From the NCBI GenBank assembly GCA_026995555.1, contig JALWOJ010000162.1, forward strand, positions 1-52,286: a stretch of DNA of 52,286 nt. The letters run 5' to 3'. This stretch comes from Acidilobaceae archaeon. GTDB lineage: Archaea > Thermoproteota > Thermoprotei_A > Sulfolobales > Acidilobaceae. This document shows, in pieces, positions 36,320-45,047 of the stretch; the stretch's first letter is position 1, and the number at the start of each line of letters is the position of its first letter. The notes beneath the pieces are model-generated. The model was not told the DNA's origin. It was given only the letters and a program-made list of their open reading frames with translations, and made no database searches. Made by a program: the position numbers and the translations under genes.

Positions 36320-36323
36320 AAAA
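36320..36323 (-). terminator. T-tract immediately after tRNA-Arg
   Basis: The minus strand reads ..CCA-CGC-TTTT-ATA. Oligo-T is the usual archaeal termination signal. Confidence 0.4.
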
Positions 36324-36326
36324 GCG

Positions 36327-36404
36327 TGGCGGGCCCGCCGGGATTTGAACCCGGGACCTCCGGCTCCGCAGGCCGGCGCTCTGTCCTGGCTGAGCTACGG
36401 GCCC
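36327..36404 (-). tRNA. tRNA-Arg (anticodon GCG), CCA encoded
   Basis: Manual fold of the minus strand: GGGCCCG-TA-GCTC-AGCCAGGAC-AGAGC-G-CCGGC-CTGCGGA-GCCGG-AGGTC-CCGGG-TTCAAAT-CCCGG-CGGGCCC-G-CCA. All four stems pair perfectly. Confidence 0.9.
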
Positions 36405-36430
36405 CAAGCTACGTTTCATTACTGTATAGT

Positions 36431-36444
36431 TTTATTAATATAAC
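36431..36444 (-). promoter_or_regulatory. TATA-box-like element upstream of tRNA-Arg
   Basis: The minus strand reads TTATATTAATAAAA, centred about 33 nt upstream of tRNA position 1. Confidence 0.4.
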
Positions 36445-36636
36445 ATCATACAGTGATTTAGCTATACAATTAACAATAATCAATGCCAGCCTCAATGATC
36501 TTAGTCAAAACATAAAAACCTAATCAGACTTTACAATATTCTTATTTAGAATAGAGTCGTAGAACTTATGCTTGAGGAAAGCAATTTAAAATAGGATGTC
36601 GAAGGTGATAATGCATTAAAGGTTACTTTAAAGAAG

Positions 36637-37989
36637 GTGAAGAAGTTGAAGAGGAGCAATGAAAGAGTTAGGAACTTCACAGATATACTTGACTCTGCCA
36701 AATGGAGCGGCGTTCACTGGAGGCTATTTGCCGTCTTCGCGGACAACTACCTCTTCGACGGGATAATGTTCGCGGTTGCACCCCTCCTCCTCTACCTGGT
36801 TGCCCCCTCGAGCGTCGCCCCAACGATATTTGCGCTGAACCTTTTGAGCGAGGCAGCAGGCTCTATAGTCTTTGGAAAGCTTGCCGATGTCTACGGAAGG
36901 TTGAAGATATTTGCATTTTCCATGGCGTTAGAGGCTGGAAGCTTAGTTCTTCTGCTCCCTCTTTATAAAAACGTGATTGCCCTTGCCCTCCTAACAAGCT
37001 TAATGACCTTCGGTATTGGAGGGGAGTTTGGGGCGGCTTACGCCCTTGTTGCAGAGCTCACCCCTGCAAAACATAGGGGGAAGGCCCTTCTTTTGGCTAC
37101 GAACTTCTGGAACCTGGGGAGCGCGATAATAGCTGCCCTGAGCTTGATATATGCAAAGATCTCTACAAGCTCATCCACGCAAGTTGAGTACCTCCTTCTG
37201 ACCGCTTTAGGAACTGCCCTCGGGGCAGGCCTTGCAAGGCTTACTTTGCCAGAGTCACCAAGGTGGCTCGTTTTAAAGGGGAAGATCAATGAGGCAAGAA
37301 AGGTTGTTGAGGAGATCACTGGTTATAAAGGGGAAATGAAGTTTTATGTCAGTGAAGAAAGCGGAATTCCGCTCTCTGAAGCCTTGGAAAGGTATCTGTT
37401 CAGGTTTATTGTTCTCGTTATAATAACTCTGGCCCAGTACATAACTTATGACATAACAGCCTATTACATACCTTATGCTCCAGGATTTGCCTTTGGGGAG
37501 AAGGTTGTGAGCTACGTTGTTCTTTATGCAAACATAGGCGCCTCCATTGGGGCATTTTTGATACTTCCCCTAATAGATAGAAGCAGAAGGTGGTCGACAA
37601 CAGCAAGCTTCTTAGGAGGAACGATAACATCATTTATCCTTCTATATGCAGACATTTCCAAGAACTTAAACCTCTTCTACATAGATCTCCTGGTGAACAT
37701 GATATTTAGTGAGTGGGCCTGGGGAAGCCTAAGCATATTACAAAGTGAGCTGTTCCCCACGGGAGTTAGATCAAGTGTTGTGGGGCTTCTCACAGGCCTT
37801 CAGGGCATAAGCGGGGCACTGATAGTTTATTTCAGCCTGGGTGCAAGCGCCTCAGCTCTCTTCGCCTCAATAATAACGTTATGGTCCTTAGGCCTCCTGG
37901 CCTCACTGATGTGGCACCTGAGAGGAGTTGAGTCGGCAAGTGTAGGAATTGAAAAGTTAGAAGTAGCGCCCTATAACTCTAGAACTTAA
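36637..37989 (+). CDS. MFS transporter (general substrate/sugar-porter-like)
   Basis: 450 aa, 12 TM segments. GKLADVYGRLK and PESPRWL motifs are typical of the MFS sugar-porter-like group. Confidence 0.85.
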   Translation: MKKLKRSNERVRNFTDILDSAKWSGVHWRLFAVFADNYLFDGIMFAVAPLLLYLVAPSSVAPTIFALNLLSEAAGSIVFGKLADVYGRLKIFAFSMALEAGSLVLLLPLYKNVIALALLTSLMTFGIGGEFGAAYALVAELTPAKHRGKALLLATNFWNLGSAIIAALSLIYAKISTSSSTQVEYLLLTALGTALGAGLARLTLPESPRWLVLKGKINEARKVVEEITGYKGEMKFYVSEESGIPLSEALERYLFRFIVLVIITLAQYITYDITAYYIPYAPGFAFGEKVVSYVVLYANIGASIGAFLILPLIDRSRRWSTTASFLGGTITSFILLYADISKNLNLFYIDLLVNMIFSEWAWGSLSILQSELFPTGVRSSVVGLLTGLQGISGALIVYFSLGASASALFASIITLWSLGLLASLMWHLRGVESASVGIEKLEVAPYNSRT

Positions 37990-37998
37990 GACCATTAG

Positions 37999-38208
37999 TT
38001 AAACGTTGTTCTTGTTTATCTTAAAGACAAACCTTCTCCTATCATAATCGGGCTCTTTCGTCACCTTACCTTTCCTGATGAGATCGCTTAACGCCTTTCT
38101 TAAAGTTCTCATTTCTTTTCCAGAGATTCCAAGCTCCCTGGCTATTTCTCCAAAATCTTTTTCCTTGTCAGCAAGAACCTCTATTATTCTTCTTTCCAAT
38201 TCCTCCAT
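37999..38208 (-). CDS. small winged-helix transcriptional regulator
   Basis: MEELERRIIEVLADKEKDFGEIARELGISGKEMRTLRKALSDLIRKGKVTKE... The start is taken at the Met at 38208. The upstream 26 codons of the track ORF look non-coding. Confidence 0.6.
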   Translation of the reverse strand: MEELERRIIEVLADKEKDFGEIARELGISGKEMRTLRKALSDLIRKGKVTKEPDYDRRRFVFKINKNNV

Positions 38209-38406
38209 TTCTAAGCACCGAGGTGACAATATCATAATCACAAACATATCATTAATATATTTTGCTGAAAACCACACAACCTCCACACTACCTTTTATAA
38301 CAAACTATCATCATAGAGCTTAAAATAGTAATATCTATAAACTTTCCTAACAGTTTTCAAACTACATGCCGCTTTAATAATTAACAGTAGGAAAGGGAAC
38401 AGTAGC

Positions 38407-39738
38407 ATGAAGAAAGGTTTGCTAATTATAAGAAGAACTAGGGAAACTAGATACTCAATAGCCTCGCTGGTCGCAGCTGTAGACGCCTTGCTTAGCAACG
38501 ATTTCCCTATAAAGATCAAGATCGTTGACTCGTTTAATGATCTGATCAACATACTTTCAAGGGGTTTTGATGGTAAGATATTTCTAGCATATAGCCTGTT
38601 AACTACTCAAGTACCACGAATGCTTGATGAACTTAGACACCTCAACAAAATTAAGGAACTCGGTAACGTTATAACGATTATTGGAGGGCCTCACGCTTCA
38701 GGGGATCCTGTAGGCGCTCTAAACCTAGGGTTCGACTATGCAGTGGTTGGGGAGGCTGAGGAGAGCTTTCCCCTGCTGCTTAAAGTGCTTTTAGAAAATG
38801 GAGATCCCATTTCAAACGTTAGGGGGGTTGTGACGAAGGCTGATGAAAGGTATGTCTTTACCGGAAGGCCTAAGCCTGTGGACTTAAACAAATACCCTCC
38901 CTTCGCCTACTGGAGGAATCTCTTCTCCCCAATAGAGATAACAAGGGGCTGTCCCTTTGCCTGCAAATATTGTCAGGTCTCAATAATGCACGGTGCAATA
39001 CCTAGGCACAGAAGTCTTGAGAACGTATTGAAATATTCGGAAATTATGATAAAGTCTGGCAGAAAGGACTTAAGGTTCATATCTCCAAACGCCTTCTCCT
39101 ATCTAGGCGATGGTAGAAACCTAAACCTTAATGGTCTCTGCAGTCTAGTTGAGGGGCTTTACAGGCTAACTCGTAGACTAAAAGGTAGGTTCTTTCTGGG
39201 TACCTTCCCTAGCGAGGTAAGGCCTGAACATGCCGCTGAGGAGGACGCGGTCAAATGCATAAAGGGAAAGGTTGCAAATAGACGTATAATAATAGGGGCC
39301 CAGAGCGGAAGCAATGAAATTCTGAAGGCAATAAATAGGGGCCATTCAGTGGATGATGTAATCAATGCTATTGAAGTCTTAAACTCCTATGGCTTTGAGG
39401 TTGATGTAGATTTCATCTTAGGGATGCCTCCCGAAGACAATGTAGATATGGAGGAGACAGTTCGTTTTATGGAGTTCCTGACCTCAAGGTATAAAGTTAG
39501 GATACATGCCCATTACTACCTGCCTCTTCCTGGAAGTCCCTTTGACGTTAGGGAGCCTAAACCCATTCCTAGTCATTTAAGGAGAAGGCTTCTAAAGCTT
39601 CTTGGCAAGGGAAAGCTCTATGGAGACTGGTTGAAACAGGAAAGGCTTTCAGAGGAAATTGTTTCGCTGTGGAGAAGGGGTGTAATATTAGGATTTAAAG
39701 GATGGAGAAAGGTAAAGGTTCTAAAGCCTAGCTATTAA
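38407..39738 (+). CDS. B12-binding-domain radical SAM protein
   Basis: 443 aa. N-terminal Rossmann-like B12-type domain (ITIIGGPHASGDP), then the CxxxCxxC motif EITRGCPFACKYCQVS. Confidence 0.85.
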   Translation: MKKGLLIIRRTRETRYSIASLVAAVDALLSNDFPIKIKIVDSFNDLINILSRGFDGKIFLAYSLLTTQVPRMLDELRHLNKIKELGNVITIIGGPHASGDPVGALNLGFDYAVVGEAEESFPLLLKVLLENGDPISNVRGVVTKADERYVFTGRPKPVDLNKYPPFAYWRNLFSPIEITRGCPFACKYCQVSIMHGAIPRHRSLENVLKYSEIMIKSGRKDLRFISPNAFSYLGDGRNLNLNGLCSLVEGLYRLTRRLKGRFFLGTFPSEVRPEHAAEEDAVKCIKGKVANRRIIIGAQSGSNEILKAINRGHSVDDVINAIEVLNSYGFEVDVDFILGMPPEDNVDMEETVRFMEFLTSRYKVRIHAHYYLPLPGSPFDVREPKPIPSHLRRRLLKLLGKGKLYGDWLKQERLSEEIVSLWRRGVILGFKGWRKVKVLKPSY

Positions 39739-40415
39739 GTTTCACTCATTTTCAACGCTAAACACCTCCTTATGCTCCATTCCATCAGCCAGTACATAAC
39801 ATAAATGCTTATCGCAACAATGCTCCAGTCAACAATTTCATCTCTAATAAAGTCGGGGCCGAGCTTCGCTCTATGTAAATAAGCTAAAGGAGCAAATACT
39901 ATTCCTCCTATCGTTACTGAAATTAAAAGACCAACAGCCATCGATGCATAGAGGATCCTCCTGTCCGCAAAAGAACATAAGTTGAGATCCGTGAAGCGAA
40001 GTCCCCTCCTCCTGCCCAGATAATGGAAGATCCCTAGGACTAGATATGCCACAAGTATCCCAGCCCCGAGCATTACGTCAAAGAAGTCATGTGGTGAAAG
40101 ACTTATGGAAACTCCTGTTAGAATGATCATAACGATCATAATGATCAAAAGACCTTGGGAATACCTATCTAACCTCCCCCTATCATACTGAATCGCCGCC
40201 CAGATTGCAATAGGTATGAGCACTACATCGGCTATTATAATAGCTAAACTGAAGGCTTGGGAATATACTAGATCAAGGACTGCAATGCTCAGACCGATAG
40301 CTCCGATCGTGTAATAAAGGTGGTTCCTCCTTTTGATGCCCAGACCTACGAATGTAGCAAAAACAGAGGCAATACATATCAGCAGAATATTATAGAGCAT
40401 ATTATTTAAAGTCAC
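39735..40415 (-). CDS. polytopic membrane protein, unknown function
   Basis: 226 aa with about 6-7 hydrophobic segments, AT-rich. Confidence 0.5.
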   Translation of the reverse strand: MTLNNMLYNILLICIASVFATFVGLGIKRRNHLYYTIGAIGLSIAVLDLVYSQAFSLAIIIADVVLIPIAIWAAIQYDRGRLDRYSQGLLIIMIVMIILTGVSISLSPHDFFDVMLGAGILVAYLVLGIFHYLGRRRGLRFTDLNLCSFADRRILYASMAVGLLISVTIGGIVFAPLAYLHRAKLGPDFIRDEIVDWSIVAISIYVMYWLMEWSIRRCLALKMSET

Positions 40416-40597
40416 CCTTTAATTCCCCTTTATAATAGTTTAACAAAAGAATGTAAAACTCTTTATTAGGAGTCTCTTATTTCAGATATTCATTTAGCCG
40501 TTTAGATAATTCCCATTAAATATAATTTGAATTTCATGTTCTAAGGCTTTTGAAACGGTTTCTAGGCCTTCCTATGACCTTTAGATTAATTAAAAGT

Positions 40598-41080
40598 TCA
40601 TTTTCTTTTAGATATAATCTTTCTAAAGTCTGGTATTAAAGCTGGAACCCTCTTCATATAATCTAAGTATTTATCTTTCCAGTAGTCGATCAGTTCCTTC
40701 TCCTCAAGCTTGATGAGGTAAATCCAAGCTGGAATGAGAGCAACGGCAAAGAGTATCCCTAAGATACTTACCATGGTTAGTGGTATTGCTATTTGAATTA
40801 ATATCATGAAAAGATAAAAAGGATGTCTGCACAAACTGTATGGCCCCTCTGTGAGCAAACTTTCCATATCCTTCGGTTTATCATGTCTTGCAGGATATGA
40901 TCTGTGAATCGCAGATGCGAGGGCGACAGAGACGTAGAGTAAAACCGCTCCCAACAGGCTAACAACTATCCTGGACAACCCGCCTAAGGATAATATACTG
41001 TTAGTTAGTAATGAAATCGTTATTGTTAGTGCGGTTCCAAACCCAATAACTAGCTTACGCACCACAGCAGACTTAACCAA
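40598..41080 (-). CDS. ICMT/PEMT-like membrane methyltransferase
   Basis: 160 aa. TEGPYSLCRHPFYLFMIL matches the conserved G-x-Y-x-x-x-R-H-P-x-Y core of this family. Confidence 0.6.
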   Translation of the reverse strand: MVKSAVVRKLVIGFGTALTITISLLTNSILSLGGLSRIVVSLLGAVLLYVSVALASAIHRSYPARHDKPKDMESLLTEGPYSLCRHPFYLFMILIQIAIPLTMVSILGILFAVALIPAWIYLIKLEEKELIDYWKDKYLDYMKRVPALIPDFRKIISKRK

Positions 41081-41597
41081 AGACGTGCACCTCTACCACC
41101 TCTATGATCGATAGAGTAAAGAAGGTAACAAAGGCATAGAGTATAAGCTTACTGGTCTGGTTAAGCGTTGACTTCCATTTACATAGAAGATCATTACACT
41201 CCTTTTGTACATAATATGTTCTAGCAACGATAAGCCACAGTAATAGGTATGCTTGAGTTTCAATATGTCCATAAATAAAGTGAGCAAGGCTACAGTGATT
41301 GGTTAGCCAGGAAGCAAACAACACACCAGAGGAGATCGATGCAAAGATAACAGCTGGTATCCCCAGTGCGGGATGCAAGATCACAAAGGTGGCTGTAATT
41401 AGAAAGGACGTTGTGTTGTTTAGCCATATGTGCATCACTGCATTTAATACGTTATGACTTTTAATGAACGATATAGATTCGATGGGAGAAACCCTAGAGA
41501 AAGAAAGGAGCATTAATCCTGTAACAGTGAACGTAATAGCATAAACGAGCTCGTAAATAATTAACCATGTAGATAGCTTAGACCGTTTAAATCTCAA
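41073..41597 (-). CDS. membrane protein, possibly SpoIIM/DUF95-like
   Basis: 174 aa, multi-TM. FIYGHIETQAYLL resembles the HG-x-x-E motif of the family. Overlaps the downstream gene by 8 nt. Confidence 0.35.
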   Translation of the reverse strand: MRFKRSKLSTWLIIYELVYAITFTVTGLMLLSFSRVSPIESISFIKSHNVLNAVMHIWLNNTTSFLITATFVILHPALGIPAVIFASISSGVLFASWLTNHCSLAHFIYGHIETQAYLLLWLIVARTYYVQKECNDLLCKWKSTLNQTSKLILYAFVTFFTLSIIEVVEVHVFG

Positions 41598-41752
41598 TTA
41601 CGACTTCCCAATATTGAATTGGAACCAAACTGCACGATTAAAACTTTTATTAATGATGTTATCTCGTAATTCGTATTCATAAAAGTTTTATGTATTAGAG
41701 CCATCATTGTCAAACATTTCAAGAAGATCGCATAAGACTACCGAAACTACTG

Positions 41753-41761
41753 AAAAGAAAA
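41753..41761 (-). terminator. T-tracts after tRNA-His
   Basis: The minus strand downstream of CCA reads CACC-TC-TTTT-C-TTTT-CA. Confidence 0.4.
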
Positions 41762-41767
41762 GAGGTG

Positions 41768-41844
41768 TGGGGCCCGGGCCGGGATTCGAACCCGGGACCT
41801 CCGGGTCCACAGCCCGGCGCTCTACCAGCTGAGCTACCCGGGCC
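41768..41844 (-). tRNA. tRNA-His (anticodon GTG) with genome-encoded G-1 and CCA
   Basis: Manual fold: G(-1)-GCCCGGG-TA-GCTC-AGCTGGT-AGAGC-G-CCGGG-CTGTGGA-CCCGG-AGGTC-CCGGG-TTCGAAT-CCCGG-CCCGGGC-C-CCA. The extra 5' G opposite discriminator C is the His identity element. Confidence 0.9.
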
Positions 41845-41923
41845 ACGAACTCCCCACGGATGGGGAGGGGCCCTCTCGGGAATCTCATCCCCTCGAAGGT
41901 CGAACCGGGCCCCAACCGATCTT
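41845..41923 (-). other. GC-rich structured 5' leader of tRNA-His (candidate co-transcribed sRNA)
   Basis: Hairpin CTCCCCA-CGGA-TGGGGAG (41850-41867). Outer stem GGGGCCC (41867-41873) / GGGCCCC (41907-41913) encloses an inner stem whose mismatches are tandem G.A/A.G only when read on the minus (tRNA) strand. Confidence 0.3.
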
Positions 41924-41943
41924 CATAAATCTCTTGGTAAGGG

Positions 41944-41955
41944 AAATATAAGTTT
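41944..41955 (-). promoter_or_regulatory. TATA-box-like element upstream of the tRNA-His leader
   Basis: The minus strand reads AAACTTATATTT, just after the EamA stop codon and about 100 nt upstream of tRNA position 1. Confidence 0.35.
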
Positions 41956-41957
41956 CT

Positions 41958-42839
41958 TCACTCCTTGCTCTCCTCGTAAATGACTCCTGCCACGCACAAA
42001 ATTATTGAAGCTATCAGCAGGGCTTGAGATGGCGTTATGTGCTGATTCAGAATAAAATAAGCCAGAAGGGAGGCGCCTATAGGCTCCGTTAACGCTATTG
42101 ACGTAACCGTACTTGACTTCATAAATCTTAGAAGGTAGTTCATCAAGGTGTGACCTCCCATCATTGGGATCACTGCCAGGAGAACAAAATATATGTAAGA
42201 CTTGATCCCGTAGTGTATAAGATTTGCCCTTGTGAGAATAGAGTAGGCCAATATAGTTAGGGTTGCAAAAAGGTAGACTGGAGTTACATATTCGGACAGG
42301 TTTAAGGTCCTTCTTAGCGACTTTCCTATGGAAAAGTATGTGGAGGCTGCGAGGGCCCCTCCTAGCGCCAAAAGGAAGCCTTCGGGTTTTGAGCCAGAAA
42401 ACCTTGGGTTGACAAAGAATGATAAGAAAACAAAACCTAAGATCATGTAGATTATTTGCCTCTTGCTTATCCTCTCCTTAAAAACCTTGAAGTCTATTAT
42501 AAGGTTAAAGAACGGATATGTCGAAACTATGGTTACGCTAACGGCCACTGGCACGAGAAATAACGACTTCATCCACAGGAGAAAATGGGCACCCAAAGCG
42601 ATGCCTGCTGCCAGGGTTAAGAGAATTGTTTGGGGAGAGTTCAGATAGCTTAGTGAGCTTCTAGAAGCAATCAAAGGTATTGAAACTAGAAGTGTTGAGA
42701 TGAGCATTCTCCAGAACGCACATGCATAGAAGGGGGCCCCTGAAAGTAAGACTAAAATTGAGGCTGAGGAGATGCTGAAAAACACTATCACAACTATTAA
42801 AGAGAGCAAGACCTTTCCTGGCCTCTTATGGGGTTCCAA
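41958..42839 (-). CDS. EamA/DMT-family transporter
   Basis: 293 aa, 10 TM segments in two repeated halves, typical of DMT/EamA proteins. Confidence 0.8.
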   Translation of the reverse strand: MEPHKRPGKVLLSLIVVIVFFSISSASILVLLSGAPFYACAFWRMLISTLLVSIPLIASRSSLSYLNSPQTILLTLAAGIALGAHFLLWMKSLFLVPVAVSVTIVSTYPFFNLIIDFKVFKERISKRQIIYMILGFVFLSFFVNPRFSGSKPEGFLLALGGALAASTYFSIGKSLRRTLNLSEYVTPVYLFATLTILAYSILTRANLIHYGIKSYIYFVLLAVIPMMGGHTLMNYLLRFMKSSTVTSIALTEPIGASLLAYFILNQHITPSQALLIASIILCVAGVIYEESKE

Positions 42840-42878
42840 TGCCTCATGCTCCGCACAATGAAATAAGGTGGGAAGTAT

Positions 42879-45047
42879 TTATGTAAAGTCAAAACCTCCA
42901 GCACTTATATCATAGTGCATTGTTAGCGGGGTTGTAGTTCTTACGAACACATAGCCCTCCTTAAAAACATGACTCATTATCAACATGTGCCTATCCGGAA
43001 GCCTTGGTAAATAAGGTTTTACCTCTGAAGGGATCTCCATATGTTCTGCCTGAACCTTATCAGTCCTTAGCAATATCTTAGTGTTTGTCAGCTGGAGAAT
43101 AATGTCGTGAAGATCGCTAGGGCTGTGAGTCGAGAACAAAATTCCTATCCCTCTAGCCCTTCCGAGCCTTGCAACCTTAGCTATCATTCCAGCGACCTGC
43201 CTGCTTGCCTCCTTCTCCTCCTGAGCCCCCTTCTCCTGGGGGAAGAATTGGTGTGCTTCATCTATGATAACGAGCACGTTAGGGGTCCTTCTCCTCATTG
43301 CCCAAGCCCTCTGCTTCCAAGTTATCAGTCTCTCCAACATCCTGTAGGCAGCAAGTCTTGGACCCTCAATGCTACTTAGGCTCCTTTCCGACGACCACTT
43401 AAGATCCAGAACAATAGGCATATCATTATTATAAGCTTCATCTATCACCCTCTCCCAGCTTGGCTCTGGGAGGACCTCCATTTTATCATCGTCAGTGCTC
43501 ATTATAACGTCGATTATACCGCTATCAAGGAGGCTTCCGATTCTTCTCATAAGAGCTTCAAGGGTTCCCTTATGAGGTTTTATCTCGTAAAGGGCATCTA
43601 AGTAGAAGTCTGAGAGCTCCTCAAACGATGTTCTCTCATTGTTTATGATGAGGTCTGCAGTTCTCTCTGAGGACTCTAGAGGCTCTTTAAGGACAACCCA
43701 GCTCTCTATGGCCTCCTTAGCTATCTCTATCTCCTCTGGTCTATCAAGGCCTCCCTTTCTGAGCATTGACTCGTGATAAGCATGAAGAGAACCGTAAAGG
43801 ACCTGAAGAGGGCCAGCACAACCTTTTACTGGTCCCCTTCTCCTCACTCTCTCTCTAAGCCTTCTCATTAAGTCCCTTGCAAGTTGGGTGAGACCCGGCA
43901 TAAGTCCCGAGAGGGAGTCGCTTTCCGTACAAACGGTATTAACAACATAAGGAACGAAAATCACCTTAAGGTTTGGTCCCTCTATCTCAACAATTATTTC
44001 GTTTAAGCTCTTCCTTGCCAAAACTTTGGCTGGGGGTCCTCCGCCGGTCAGCGGAGATATCGATTCCAAATAATACCACTCCGCAATCTTCTCCATTATG
44101 CCTAGATATGTAGCTATACCCCTCTCCTCTATGAGAGCCTTCAGGGCCTCTGAGATCTCATAGAGGGTTATCGGAACAACAGCAATTATGCCCTTAGGAG
44201 GTCTTACTCCCCTAAATACTTTCTCCTTTATCGTCTGTTCAGGCTCAATAGGAGGTTGTGGCTGTGGAGGCAGAGGAAGCTGAACAAAGTCCTGATTCAT
44301 ATCAACAATAACGGCAACAGGTCTTTTAGCTCTGGGAAGCAGACTGTAAAGGCTTGCAACCAAATTCTTAATTGCCGTTGTCTTTCCAGATCCTGTAGTC
44401 CCTATGATAAGTATATGCTGATAAAAGGCCTTGAGAGGAAGACGAACAACTACAGAGCCGTTTTTGACTAGAGAGCCAGCCGTGGCCAGCGCACCTAAAG
44501 GCACGCCCTCCTTGGGTAAATCGAGGAGTCTTTCAAGTACCTCAGGTTTAGGGTCGACTACAGGGCTTTGCGGTTCTAGACTTGTGGTTGCAGGCCTTAC
44601 CTCACCGCTCTCAGGATCCATTTCAACAACTACTTCACCATACACCACAGTCCTTGTAAGTAGGCCTCTGGGATCAGGAGTGTTAACAAAACTTGAGAGG
44701 GGAGGTTCTAGGCCAAGCTGAGCAAGTTCATCTCTTCTCACTATGGCGGAGACTCTTACTAAGACTACTTTCAAATTCTTAGGATCGATCACTGCAAGAT
44801 AATCACCGACCTTGTGGAAAGGGGCATCTTTCTCAGAATAATATACCTGAGGATCTATTTCAAACTCTACCTTAGCACCCTCCTCAACCTTAACCTCTCC
44901 AAACCTGCTTATCCTTCCTACAACCTTTCCATACCTTCTAGCCATCTCATAGGCTGAGCTCAGCATCTCAGATACTCGAGACGCCAGGTCCTCTGTAGAC
45001 GATATCCAATTCCTCTCTCGATCATCTAAACTCTCATACCTGGCCAT
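42879..45047 (-). CDS. HerA-like (FtsK/HerA superfamily, DUF87) ATPase, 722 aa
   Basis: N-terminal HAS-barrel-like region (VVGRISRFGEVKV..VGDYLAVIDPKNLKVVLVRVSAI), Walker A ILIIGTTGSGKTT (about aa 216-223) and Walker B VLVIIDEAHQFF (about aa 591-600). Confidence 0.8.
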   Translation of the reverse strand: MARYESLDDRERNWISSTEDLASRVSEMLSSAYEMARRYGKVVGRISRFGEVKVEEGAKVEFEIDPQVYYSEKDAPFHKVGDYLAVIDPKNLKVVLVRVSAIVRRDELAQLGLEPPLSSFVNTPDPRGLLTRTVVYGEVVVEMDPESGEVRPATTSLEPQSPVVDPKPEVLERLLDLPKEGVPLGALATAGSLVKNGSVVVRLPLKAFYQHILIIGTTGSGKTTAIKNLVASLYSLLPRAKRPVAVIVDMNQDFVQLPLPPQPQPPIEPEQTIKEKVFRGVRPPKGIIAVVPITLYEISEALKALIEERGIATYLGIMEKIAEWYYLESISPLTGGGPPAKVLARKSLNEIIVEIEGPNLKVIFVPYVVNTVCTESDSLSGLMPGLTQLARDLMRRLRERVRRRGPVKGCAGPLQVLYGSLHAYHESMLRKGGLDRPEEIEIAKEAIESWVVLKEPLESSERTADLIINNERTSFEELSDFYLDALYEIKPHKGTLEALMRRIGSLLDSGIIDVIMSTDDDKMEVLPEPSWERVIDEAYNNDMPIVLDLKWSSERSLSSIEGPRLAAYRMLERLITWKQRAWAMRRRTPNVLVIIDEAHQFFPQEKGAQEEKEASRQVAGMIAKVARLGRARGIGILFSTHSPSDLHDIILQLTNTKILLRTDKVQAEHMEIPSEVKPYLPRLPDRHMLIMSHVFKEGYVFVRTTTPLTMHYDISAGGFDFT

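Noticed and set aside
36327-36370. Clean att-flanked integrated element defined by a direct repeat of the tRNA-Arg 3' half
   Set aside because: I looked for a second copy of the GGGCCCGCCGGGATTTGAACCCGGG-type sequence in the window and found only the T-arm of tRNA-His, which is a different gene. The island is therefore reported as a mosaic with undefined borders.
36326-36523. Track ORF (65 aa, plus strand) beginning MAGPPGFEPGTSGS
   Set aside because: It is the translation of the antisense of tRNA-Arg plus its AT-rich promoter region, an artefact of the GC-rich tRNA sequence.
38295-38552. 85-aa minus-strand ORF overlapping the radical-SAM gene start
   Set aside because: It is hydrophobic and low-complexity, overlaps the 5' end of a well-supported CDS and its promoter region, and has no motif.
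41640-41720. AATGATG ... CATCATT inverted 7-mers downstream of tRNA-His as a C/D-box sRNA
   Set aside because: The C-box match is imperfect (AUGAUGU), no CUGA D box lies at the right spacing, and the region is AT-rich 3' flank.
41688-41983. Track ORFs 41688..41915 (minus) and 41765..41983 (plus)
   Set aside because: Both are read across tRNA-His and its GC-rich leader. They are Pro/Gly-rich and low-complexity, with no start context.
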